This document shows, piece by piece, positions 56,746 to 64,000 of a stretch of DNA of 64,000 nt; position 1 is the first letter of the stretch, and each line of letters begins with the position of its first letter. The stretch covers positions 187,319 to 251,318 of the forward strand of contig DASZWN010000002.1 in NCBI GenBank assembly GCA_035546575.1. The letters run 5' to 3'. Made by a program: the position numbers and the translations under genes. Origin of the DNA: Minisyncoccota bacterium. Its GTDB lineage: Bacteria; Patescibacteriota; Minisyncoccia; Phycocordibacterales; SBAW01. A model generated the notes under the pieces. The model did no database searches, was not told the origin of the DNA, and worked only from the letters and a program-made list of their open reading frames with translations.

Positions 56746-57213
56746 TGTTGTGGGACCCTTAGGATCCCGTCTGGAGGGTTTAGCCCTCCTGATGGGACCA
56801 TATGGTCCCCGATCGCGATGCCAACATTGCTGCCAGCTCGCACATCGATAGCTCTTGGCTTTGCACCATGAGCGAGTCATTAATTTCGTTTCATCTCGAA
56901 CGTCCATGCCCTCCTCGCGGAAGTTACTTCTGCTCGAACTGATTCGAAACTCACGACTTGATAAGAGTTGTCAGCAGTCGCCACCGCCGATCGGTGAAGC
57001 TTTGACCAAACTTCTCTCTTACCTCGCAACCATGTCCGAATGGTCATCCCGAATTTCGAACTTCAGGTACTCGATTCTGATTGCCTCGGCGTCACTTTCT
57101 TTCTTACGATCAATCGTGCGCCGGTAATGTATGAGTCTACTCCTCTCACTTTGACCTACAAGTGGATAACTTATTGGAGAATATTTTTTAAAAATCCGCA
57201 AGAGTTCCTATTC

Positions 57214-59286
57214 TTATTTCTTAGGTTTTTTTGGTTTTCCTTCGCTTCCCTGCCCGCTTAAGGCATAAATTTCATCTCTTATTAGCGCGGCGGTTTCAAA
57301 GTCGAGATTCTTTACCGCCTCGGCCATTTCAGCTCGCTTTGCTGCTATAAATTTACGTGGATTCTTTTTATACTCTGCATGCTCGATGGTCATCATCTCT
57401 ACAACCGCCTTGCCGTGCTCGCTACGCAGCTCTTCAGTAATATCTTTTATCGCTTTGCTGACCGTTTTTGGAGTGATGTTGTGCTCTTTGTTGTAGGCCA
57501 TCTGGATTTCGCGACGACGATTGGTCTCGCTGATAGCGCTTGTAAGCTGCGGTGTCATTTCGTCGGCATACAAGAGTACGCGACCGTGTATGTTGCGCGC
57601 CGCGCGCCCGATAGTCTGTATCAGCGATGTCTCGCTGCGCAAAAAGCCCGATTTATCGGCATCTAGAATGGCGACCAGCTCCACCTCGGGCAGGTCAAGC
57701 CCCTCGCGCAGAAGGTTAACGCCTACCAAAACGTCGTACTCACCCTTACGCAGGTCGGTGAGGGTGGTAATGCGGTCGAGCGTCTCTACATCGCTGTGCA
57801 GATATGCCGCTTTTATCTTGCGATCCTTAAGAAACTCCGCCAAGTCCTCGGCCATCTTTTTGGTAAGTGTGGTCACCATGATGCGCCCGCCATGCTCGAT
57901 CACTTTATCGGCCTCTTCAAGAAAATCTTGCACTTGGCCTTTTATATCGTGGTCGAAGCTGCCGGTGACCGGACGGACGATAATCTCGGGGTCGACAAGG
58001 CCAGTGGGGCGTATGATCTGCTCCACCACATTTGAGCCCGAATGTTCCTTTTCGTACGGTCCTGGTGTAGCGGAAGTGTAGATTACCTGACCTACGCGCT
58101 CCTCAAACTCTTCGAACTTGAGCGGGCGGTTGTCTATTGCCGACGGCAGGCGGAAGCCGTACTCAACCAAATTTTCTTTACGTGCGCGGTCGCCCGCATA
58201 CATGCCACCGATCTGCGGCACTGTAACATGGCTTTCGTCGATAACGGTCAAAAAGTCGGGGGTACCGTCTGCTTTGTGCGGAAAGTATTCCAAAAGGGAA
58301 AATGGCGGCTGTCCCGGCGCGCGGCCGTCGAAATGGCGCGAGTAATTTTCGATCCCATTGCAGTATCCGATCTCGCGGATAAGCGCGAGGTCGTGATTGG
58401 TGCGGCGCTTGAGGCGCTCGGCCTCCAGCATTTTACCTTTACGCTCAAATTCAGCGAGCTGCTCTTTTAACTCGTGCTTGATATCCTCGATAGCGCGTAC
58501 GCGCTCGTCCTCAGGCGTTACGTAGTGTTTTGCGGGGAAAAGGAAGAGTGATTCTTTCGGCTCCTTTTCCGCGCGCGTTATGGCATCGATCACCCGTACG
58601 CGCGAGATCTCTTCGCCCGCTTGGCCTGAGCTTGTCGAATGGCCAAACTCTACGCGGTATAGTACGCGCTCGCCAGTCGGCATAATCTCGATCGAGTTCC
58701 CTATTGCGCGGAAGGTCCCCGGCGTAATGTCGGCGTTGGTGCGGCTAAAGTACACCGAGATAAGCTCGCGTATGAGTTCGGCGCGGTTTTTCTTAAGCCC
58801 CGGTGCAATCTCGAGATGTACTTTGCGATACTCCTCGGGCGAGCCCAGCGCGTAGATGCACGAGACCGATGCAACAATGATCACATCTTTGCGGCTCAGC
58901 AGCGCCTGGGTTGAGGCGTGGCGCAAGCGGTCGATCTCTTCGTTGATCTGCGCCTCCTTCTCTATATACGTGTCGCTATGCGGGATATAGGCCTCCGGCT
59001 GATAGTAGTCGTAGTAAGAGACAAAGTATTGCACCGAGGCATCAGGAAAGAACTCGCGATACTCTTGTGCGAGCTGCGCCGCGAGCGTTTTATTGTGTGC
59101 AATTACGAGCGTGGGCTTGCCGATTTGCTCAATAACATTTGCAATCGTAAATGTTTTGCCCGAGCCGGTTACACCAAGGAGAGTCTGGTGCTCTTTCCCC
59201 GCTTTAATACCCTTTACAAGGGCCTCTATAGCCTTGGGCTGGTCGCCGGCAGGCTTGTAGTCGGACTTGATCTTAAAGACAGCCAT
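57214..59286 (-). CDS. uvrB: Excinuclease ABC subunit B
   Basis: Walker A GVTGSGKT, a helicase DEAH-like DESH motif, and a C-terminal UVR domain (ALIRDEIYAL). Confidence 0.95.
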   Translation of the reverse strand: MAVFKIKSDYKPAGDQPKAIEALVKGIKAGKEHQTLLGVTGSGKTFTIANVIEQIGKPTLVIAHNKTLAAQLAQEYREFFPDASVQYFVSYYDYYQPEAYIPHSDTYIEKEAQINEEIDRLRHASTQALLSRKDVIIVASVSCIYALGSPEEYRKVHLEIAPGLKKNRAELIRELISVYFSRTNADITPGTFRAIGNSIEIMPTGERVLYRVEFGHSTSSGQAGEEISRVRVIDAITRAEKEPKESLFLFPAKHYVTPEDERVRAIEDIKHELKEQLAEFERKGKMLEAERLKRRTNHDLALIREIGYCNGIENYSRHFDGRAPGQPPFSLLEYFPHKADGTPDFLTVIDESHVTVPQIGGMYAGDRARKENLVEYGFRLPSAIDNRPLKFEEFEERVGQVIYTSATPGPYEKEHSGSNVVEQIIRPTGLVDPEIIVRPVTGSFDHDIKGQVQDFLEEADKVIEHGGRIMVTTLTKKMAEDLAEFLKDRKIKAAYLHSDVETLDRITTLTDLRKGEYDVLVGVNLLREGLDLPEVELVAILDADKSGFLRSETSLIQTIGRAARNIHGRVLLYADEMTPQLTSAISETNRRREIQMAYNKEHNITPKTVSKAIKDITEELRSEHGKAVVEMMTIEHAEYKKNPRKFIAAKRAEMAEAVKNLDFETAALIRDEIYALSGQGSEGKPKKPKK

Positions 59287-59300
59287 AAAAGGCTATTCTA

Positions 59301-60566
59301 TCATTTTTGATACTCTGACAGAAACGCTTCTTTATATTTCTCAAAGGTACCGTCGATAATTGATGCGCGGATTTTTTTCGTGAGATTCGCTAAAAAGTAG
59401 AGATTGTGCTGGCTTGCGAGTATCGGCCCGAGCATCTCACCCGTGCGAAAGAGGTGATGGATATAGCTTTTGGTATAACGCTTGCAGACCGGGCACGCGC
59501 ATTCGGGGTCTATAGGGTTCTGATCCTCTTTGTACTCGGCATTTGGGATCTGGATCTTACCCTTGTTGCTGTAGAGCCCGCCGGTGCGACCATTGCGCGT
59601 TGGGAGCACGCAGTCAAAGGTGTCGCACCCTGCCGCAGCACCAATAAACAAATCCTCGGGCTCGCCGATGCCGAGCAGATGGCGCGGTTTTTCTTTTGGC
59701 AGTTCCGCATTTACTTTGTCGAGAATGCCGAGCAGATCCCATTTGCTAAAAGACCCGCCGATGCCGTAGCCGTCAAAGTCCATGGTGGCTATTTCGCGGG
59801 CGCTCTCGATGCGCAGGTCGGCAAAGCGTCCGCCCTGGACGATGCCGAAGATCCCTTGCTTTGCATTTTTATCGATATTGCCGCGATGCGCGCGCAGAGA
59901 GCGCTCGGCCCAGCGATGCGTGCGGTCCATCGCCTCTTTTTGGTACTCATATTCGGCGTTTGGCGCAGTACACTCGTCGAACGCAAAGATAATGTCGGCG
60001 CCGAGCGCATGCTGGATCTCGATCGAGCGCTCAGGAGTAAAGCGGTGGAGCGAGCCGTCGATATGCGAGGTAAACGAAACGCCTTCGTCGTCGATGACGG
60101 CAAGCTTGCCGTGGCTTGTTGCCAGATCCTCATCCCAGACAGCCGGAACAGAGTCGTTTGACCGACCATCCCCTTGCTGGCCTGCAGGGAGGGCAGACGA
60201 CTCTGCTCCGGCTGCTTTGCTAAATTTAGAAATCTTTTTTCCAAAGCCGACGCCAAGCGAGAATACCTGAAAGCCGCCGGAGTCGGTCATGCTTGGCCTA
60301 TCCCACGTCATAAATTTGTTTACGCCGCCGCCTTTTTCAACTATTTTTTCGCCCGGGGAGAGATATAAATGGTAAGTGTTTGCGATAATACCCTGCACCC
60401 CAAGCTCTGCGAGCCGCGAGGCTTCAATCCCCTTAACATCGGCTTTGGTAGCAACCGCAATAAACGCAGGCGTCTCAATAGTGCCATGGGGTGTATGCAA
60501 AACTCCGGCTCTCGCAAGAGAGCCGGTGAGTTCTTTCTCAATCGTGAGCGAAATCGGCCGCATCAC
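59301..60566 (-). CDS. tgt: Queuine tRNA-ribosyltransferase (carries an in-frame palindromic element insertion)
   Basis: Catalytic Asp region (MTDSGGFQVFSL) and a Zn site CxCxxC...H (ECACPVCKRY...HHL). Contains the inserted peptide SSALPAGQQGDGRSNDSVP. Confidence 0.9.
   Translation of the reverse strand: MMRPISLTIEKELTGSLARAGVLHTPHGTIETPAFIAVATKADVKGIEASRLAELGVQGIIANTYHLYLSPGEKIVEKGGGVNKFMTWDRPSMTDSGGFQVFSLGVGFGKKISKFSKAAGAESSALPAGQQGDGRSNDSVPAVWDEDLATSHGKLAVIDDEGVSFTSHIDGSLHRFTPERSIEIQHALGADIIFAFDECTAPNAEYEYQKEAMDRTHRWAERSLRAHRGNIDKNAKQGIFGIVQGGRFADLRIESAREIATMDFDGYGIGGSFSKWDLLGILDKVNAELPKEKPRHLLGIGEPEDLFIGAAAGCDTFDCVLPTRNGRTGGLYSNKGKIQIPNAEYKEDQNPIDPECACPVCKRYTKSYIHHLFRTGEMLGPILASQHNLYFLANLTKKIRASIIDGTFEKYKEAFLSEYQK
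60141..60213 (-). repeat. In-frame palindromic insertion element, copy 3 (in tgt)
   Basis: Core CGACCATCCCCTTGCTGGCCTGCAGGGAGGG flanked by 19-20 nt complementary arms AGCCGGAACAGAGTCGTTTG and CAGACGACTCTGCTCCGGCT. Confidence 0.65.
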
Positions 60567-61054
60567 TACTGGGCAGCGGGAGTCACTTTAACGAGTTCGA
60601 CTTCAAATACGAGTGTCGCGTTAGGAGGTATTGGACCATAGCCAGAGGCGCCATATCCGAGCGCAGGCGGAATAATAAGCAAACGCCTGCCGCCCTGCTT
60701 CATGCCCTGGAGCCCCTGCTCCCAACCCGGGATCACTGTGCCTGCGCCAAGCACAAACGAGATTGGAGCTTTACCAACCGAAGTGTCAAACACGGTACCG
60801 TCCTCAAGCTTGCCGGTGTAGTTAACAGAAACCGTGTCGCCAAGTTTAGCTTCTGCTCCGGTGCCCACCGTCTCGTCTTGTACAACCAACTGCGTTACCT
60901 GGCCTAAGCCAGTCGCATCATTCGATTGCCCTGTTGTTCCCGAAGAAGCGAGATCGTTTGCCATCTGAAAAGGATTACCAATAACAAAAAATAGTAGCAC
61001 TACTGCTAAAGCAACTACAACCGCGATACCGGCAATGAGGGTGCGTTTTGTCAT
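60566..61054 (-). CDS. FKBP-type peptidyl-prolyl cis-trans isomerase, membrane-anchored
   Basis: FKBP core (VSVNYTGKLEDGTVFDTS...LIIPPALGYG) with an N-terminal TM segment. Confidence 0.8.
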   Translation of the reverse strand: MTKRTLIAGIAVVVALAVVLLFFVIGNPFQMANDLASSGTTGQSNDATGLGQVTQLVVQDETVGTGAEAKLGDTVSVNYTGKLEDGTVFDTSVGKAPISFVLGAGTVIPGWEQGLQGMKQGGRRLLIIPPALGYGASGYGPIPPNATLVFEVELVKVTPAAQ

Positions 61055-61132
61055 ATGCTCCTACGATACTGCTTGGGGCCATGGCGGGCAACCCTTGTTA
61101 TCCCCGCCTAGTGTGGGCTAGTATCAAGGTAT

Positions 61133-61606
61133 ATGGTGCGTATTCCATTTTTTAAACAGAAGAATATCCATTTTTGTGCGCCCGCTATCGTACAGATGAT
61201 CTTTGCCGCACACGGCATTAAGATGTCGCAGACCAAGATCGCAAAAGAGATGAAAACGCCGCTTACAATGCATGAGGGCACCAAGCCTGAGCGTATGGTG
61301 CATATGCTCGCAAAACACGGATTTGGCGTGCAAGCCGGGCAAAGGAAAAAAATTTCTGATATAACGCATGCGCTTAATCAGAATGTAATCGTGGTCGTCT
61401 GCTACACCGATCCGTTTGATCAGTACGGCCACTATGTGATCGTAAAGTCGTGTACAAAAAGCCGAATTGTATTTATTGACCCCGACAGATATATGGGCCG
61501 ATTTTCTTTGCCTGCAAAAAAGTTTGAGAGTCTCTGGAAAGACCCGCTTTTTACTAAAACCGTAGGGTGGGCAGCGTTTGTTACTGCGCCGAAGAAGCTG
61601 CGATAG
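61133..61606 (+). CDS. Papain-like cysteine peptidase domain protein (C39-like)
   Basis: Candidate catalytic Cys (NIHFCAPAIVQMIF) and downstream His (GHYVIV). Weak family-level assignment. Confidence 0.5.
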   Translation: MVRIPFFKQKNIHFCAPAIVQMIFAAHGIKMSQTKIAKEMKTPLTMHEGTKPERMVHMLAKHGFGVQAGQRKKISDITHALNQNVIVVVCYTDPFDQYGHYVIVKSCTKSRIVFIDPDRYMGRFSLPAKKFESLWKDPLFTKTVGWAAFVTAPKKLR

Positions 61607-62657
61607 AGTCTATAAACCCGCCGCTGGTTGGCATTGCACCAAAGACCGAGGCCGATTGCGTTGTGTTAAGCGGCACGTTAAACGGTGTCTTGGAGTTGAG
61701 GAACAGGAGCGAAAGCGCGATAACGGCAACTACTGCACCGCCTACAAGCATTTCGGTTGCCTGCACTTGGATATGGATAAAAAACGCAAGCGCTATACCT
61801 ATAACCAATAGTGTGGCGATACCAGCCAGTATCCAAGAGATTGCTGCACTCGGCCGCACTTCATTGCGGGTTAGCTCGCGAGCAAATGAGCTCCACGGAG
61901 TTTCATTTCTCTGCACTGTTGGAGTAACTGCCGTCTCTACAGGAGCCGTTATCTCGGGCTGTTGTGGCTGCCCAATTTCTGTCTCAGCGCCTTGCACTTG
62001 CGAAGAGGCTGGTGGAGCTGTGGCTACATTTTGCGTTGGTGCTGTTGCAACTGCGGCTGCAATACCACGCGGCGTTCCAAAATACTGTACGACAAACGTT
62101 GCAGGCTGGCCTTGGTAGGTCCCTTGTGCCACGCCGACGCCGATCTCTGTATAAACCGGTTTTACAATGTTTGCACGATGCGTGGGCGACGCCATCCATG
62201 CATTAACTACGTCTGTCGAGTCTTCAAAATGTACGGCCAGGTTTTCGCCCGCGTACGAGTAGTTGTATCCGGCGCCCGCGACCCATGCCCATGGCTCCTT
62301 GCCGTCAGGCCCAACATGCGAAAAGTAGCCCTTGGTTGCCATGTCATTTGCTTTTGCCTGCGCAGCAGCATCAAGCAGCGCGTTCTCGCCTAGCGTACTT
62401 ACCGTGTTCTGCGAACGTTCGTCGTTAGTCAGCGCAATGATCTCGCCCGGAAGCACCGACGCAACAAAGTTAAATGCCGATTGTCGCGCGATAAGATCGG
62501 CGATAAATACTCCTTCAGATGTAAGAATTACCGTAAGAAAGAATAAGAGCCACGAGCGGCGCAGCATATGCGGACGGTACACATTGCTCGATGAGGGAAT
62601 AAAGTGATCTCTGAACTTCCTGAAAAAATTCTGCAGAAATTCCGCTATAGAATGCAT
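61581..62657 (-). CDS. CAP (SCP/PR-1-like) domain protein with TM segments
   Basis: CAP-domain signatures (GYFSHVGPDG, GENLA, WMASPTHRANI). Start chosen at MHSIAEF to avoid overlap with the divergent gene. Confidence 0.65.
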   Translation of the reverse strand: MHSIAEFLQNFFRKFRDHFIPSSSNVYRPHMLRRSWLLFFLTVILTSEGVFIADLIARQSAFNFVASVLPGEIIALTNDERSQNTVSTLGENALLDAAAQAKANDMATKGYFSHVGPDGKEPWAWVAGAGYNYSYAGENLAVHFEDSTDVVNAWMASPTHRANIVKPVYTEIGVGVAQGTYQGQPATFVVQYFGTPRGIAAAVATAPTQNVATAPPASSQVQGAETEIGQPQQPEITAPVETAVTPTVQRNETPWSSFARELTRNEVRPSAAISWILAGIATLLVIGIALAFFIHIQVQATEMLVGGAVVAVIALSLLFLNSKTPFNVPLNTTQSASVFGAMPTSGGFIDSIAASSAQ

Positions 62658-62671
62658 AGTATAATAGTAGC

Positions 62672-63451
62672 ATGCGATATATCGTCGCCCTGGCATTATT
62701 GTTAATACTCCTCCCCTCCTGCGCCTTTGCCGCAGGCTTTGCAAAACAATCGCTTTTTTTGTCTAAGACTCCCGTAACCGAGGGCGAGACAGTATTGATA
62801 CACGCCGTGGTAGCCAACGATACGACTACAAAGTTTGTCGGCGAGGTTGTCTTTAAAGATGCTGATATAAAAGTCGGGAGTATAGCAACAACGATTGCCG
62901 CAGGCGGTGCAAATGCGGTTTCTGTTTCGTGGAAGCCTGCTGCCGGCTCGCACACCATAACCGCAGAGCTTACTTCCGACGGCGATATGATAGTGGCGCA
63001 GGAATCTGCAATATTCTCAATTGAGGAAAAACCAAAACCTGTTTCTACAAGCACGCAGGCAGCCGCTGCAGTCGAATCATCGCAAAAAATCCAGGACACT
63101 ATTAATCAGTATGTTCCTGCAGCCGGAGGCATCACTGAGCCTGTTTTCTCTGCACTAGACTCGGTAAGGGCAAAAGCCGCCGATGCGCTCGACAAAGGGA
63201 TCGACTGGGCAAAGAGCAACTCGAGCAGCAAAAAATCATCAGGGCAGGTCTTAGGCACTTCAACCTCTACGGTACCGGTTGGAGCTTTGGGTACTGCGTA
63301 TAGCGTACTGGCTTCTATACTGTTTTATATACTCTCCTTCCTGCGCTGGGGCGTTGAGAACCCGGGTATTTTCTACCCCGCCTTTGTACTAATCTTCTTC
63401 TATATTTTATGGAAGACGTATAAACGCTTCCGCAGACCTAGTTACGAGTAG
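62672..63451 (+). CDS. Secreted/membrane-anchored hypothetical protein
   Basis: Signal peptide MRYIVALALLLILLPSCAFA and a C-terminal TM segment. TATAAT lies 6 nt upstream of the ATG, suggesting a leaderless transcript. Confidence 0.5.
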   Translation: MRYIVALALLLILLPSCAFAAGFAKQSLFLSKTPVTEGETVLIHAVVANDTTTKFVGEVVFKDADIKVGSIATTIAAGGANAVSVSWKPAAGSHTITAELTSDGDMIVAQESAIFSIEEKPKPVSTSTQAAAAVESSQKIQDTINQYVPAAGGITEPVFSALDSVRAKAADALDKGIDWAKSNSSSKKSSGQVLGTSTSTVPVGALGTAYSVLASILFYILSFLRWGVENPGIFYPAFVLIFFYILWKTYKRFRRPSYE

Positions 63452-63863
63452 TACGCCAATGCCAGATCGCTAGGCCAAAAAGTATAAGCGTGGTGAGCGC
63501 GGAGATGGCGCAATACATGCAGTACGCGCCGATAAGTACACCCTGGATATAGAACTCAAAGTATGCCGAGAATGCTACGCCTATCGCGGTATATGCCAAC
63601 AGGCCAACTCTAAGCGCTTTAGAGCGCGGCTCTATTGCAAGCAGGACAGCAAGCGCTAGCATGTATATATAGAAAACAAGCCCAATATACGCGAGCGGCA
63701 CATTATAAAACTTGGAGTACACACTCGTGAGTACCTGCTCGCAGCCGCCGATAGCGCAGCCCGGCACGGCGTTAGTGTATGCAAAATACGAAAGGTACAT
63801 GGTGTCGGCGAGTCCAACAAATGTTGCTGATATAAGATAAAACGGCGTGAGTAGCGGCTTCAT
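63438..63863 (-). CDS. Vitamin K epoxide reductase (VKOR) family protein
   Basis: 4-TM protein with CxxC pairs (CAIGGC and CMYC) typical of VKOR. Confidence 0.75.
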   Translation of the reverse strand: MKPLLTPFYLISATFVGLADTMYLSYFAYTNAVPGCAIGGCEQVLTSVYSKFYNVPLAYIGLVFYIYMLALAVLLAIEPRSKALRVGLLAYTAIGVAFSAYFEFYIQGVLIGAYCMYCAISALTTLILFGLAIWHWRTTRN

Positions 63864-64000
63864 GACTACTTAAATGTAACAGTCTTCAGAAGATTTTGGA
63901 AATCACTGCGTATCGGCGCATTGGCGTCGCTCCACGATCCAAAAAAGAGATACACCCGGCCAGCATGCGCTACTGCAACGGCATCGTTCTCATACAAACC

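Noticed and set aside
57019-57201. 60-aa minus-strand ORF in the uvrB-uvrA spacer (and overlapping plus-strand ORFs 56855-57127 and 57040-57261)
   Set aside because: Non-ATG start, no RBS, mutually overlapping and highly basic low-complexity translation. The region is better treated as non-coding and structured (see finding).
56584-57213. Possibility that the uvrB-uvrA spacer encodes tmRNA, SRP RNA or RNase P RNA
   Set aside because: I looked for the hallmark motifs: the tmRNA tRNA-like 3-prime end GGTTCGA..CCACCA and tag ORF, the SRP domain-IV GGAAGCAGCC, and the RNase P AGGAAAGTCCGGGC and ACAGAAACCCGGCTTA. None is present. It is left as an unassigned candidate ncRNA.
59406-60161. 251-aa plus-strand ORF
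   Set aside because: Anti-sense to tgt.
61567-62118. 183-aa plus-strand ORF
   Set aside because: Overlaps the CAP-domain gene, which has recognisable CAP motifs, on the opposite strand. Low-complexity Ala/Gly-rich.

Overview
The window is a gene-dense bacterial chromosomal segment of about 55-58% GC with mostly minus-strand genes. Gene content (a DUF5671-like membrane protein, many small secreted or membrane proteins, a purine-salvage guaC-gpt pair, and a cyo quinol-oxidase operon alongside otherwise minimal metabolism) resembles Patescibacteria/Saccharibacteria-type small genomes, but this is inference from composition only.

Main contents in order:
- 1-7.1 kb: a DNA defence and repair cluster with a partial DGQHR-domain (DndB/DpdB-like) gene, an M13 peptidase, ung, an MGMT-like gene, a Cas4-like PD-(D/E)XK nuclease and an ATP-cone/Mrr-like endonuclease.
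- Housekeeping genes: mnmA, mltG, leuS followed by a sigma-70 region-4/HARE-HTH protein, and ychF.
- An RND efflux pair (periplasmic adaptor and permease).
- A complete F1Fo ATP synthase operon (atpB-E-F-short H-A-G-D-C).
- A TasA/camelysin-like fibre locus with three large paralogs, sipW and a small TasA-like gene.
- A cyoABCDE quinol oxidase operon with heme O synthase.
- Two tRNA-Ala genes and one tRNA-Pro-like gene.
- guaC-gpt, an MFS (DHA2) transporter with a MarR regulator, ddl, uvrC, uvrA, uvrB, tgt, an FKBP isomerase, a C39-like peptidase, a CAP-domain protein and a VKOR-family protein.

The most striking observation is a roughly 60-73 nt palindromic element inserted in-frame, in the same orientation and reading frame, inside three essential genes (atpG, uvrA, tgt). 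Each copy has a conserved core (GACCATCCCC-N7-CCTGCAGGGAG on the plus strand) flanked by copy-specific but internally complementary arms, and each adds an LPAGxxGDGR-containing peptide. This is analogous to Rickettsia palindromic elements.

Other notable items:
- A tRNA-Pro-like gene embedded in a 20-bp extended perfect stem, with a duplicated 3-prime segment, next to a guaC that looks enterobacterial.
- A compositionally atypical islet around tRNA-Ala(TGC) with 95-bp tandem hairpin repeats.
- A 630-bp structured spacer between uvrB and uvrA.
- Two perfect-consensus sigma-70 promoters that share a TTTGGGTGTATAAT module and drive small unknown proteins.
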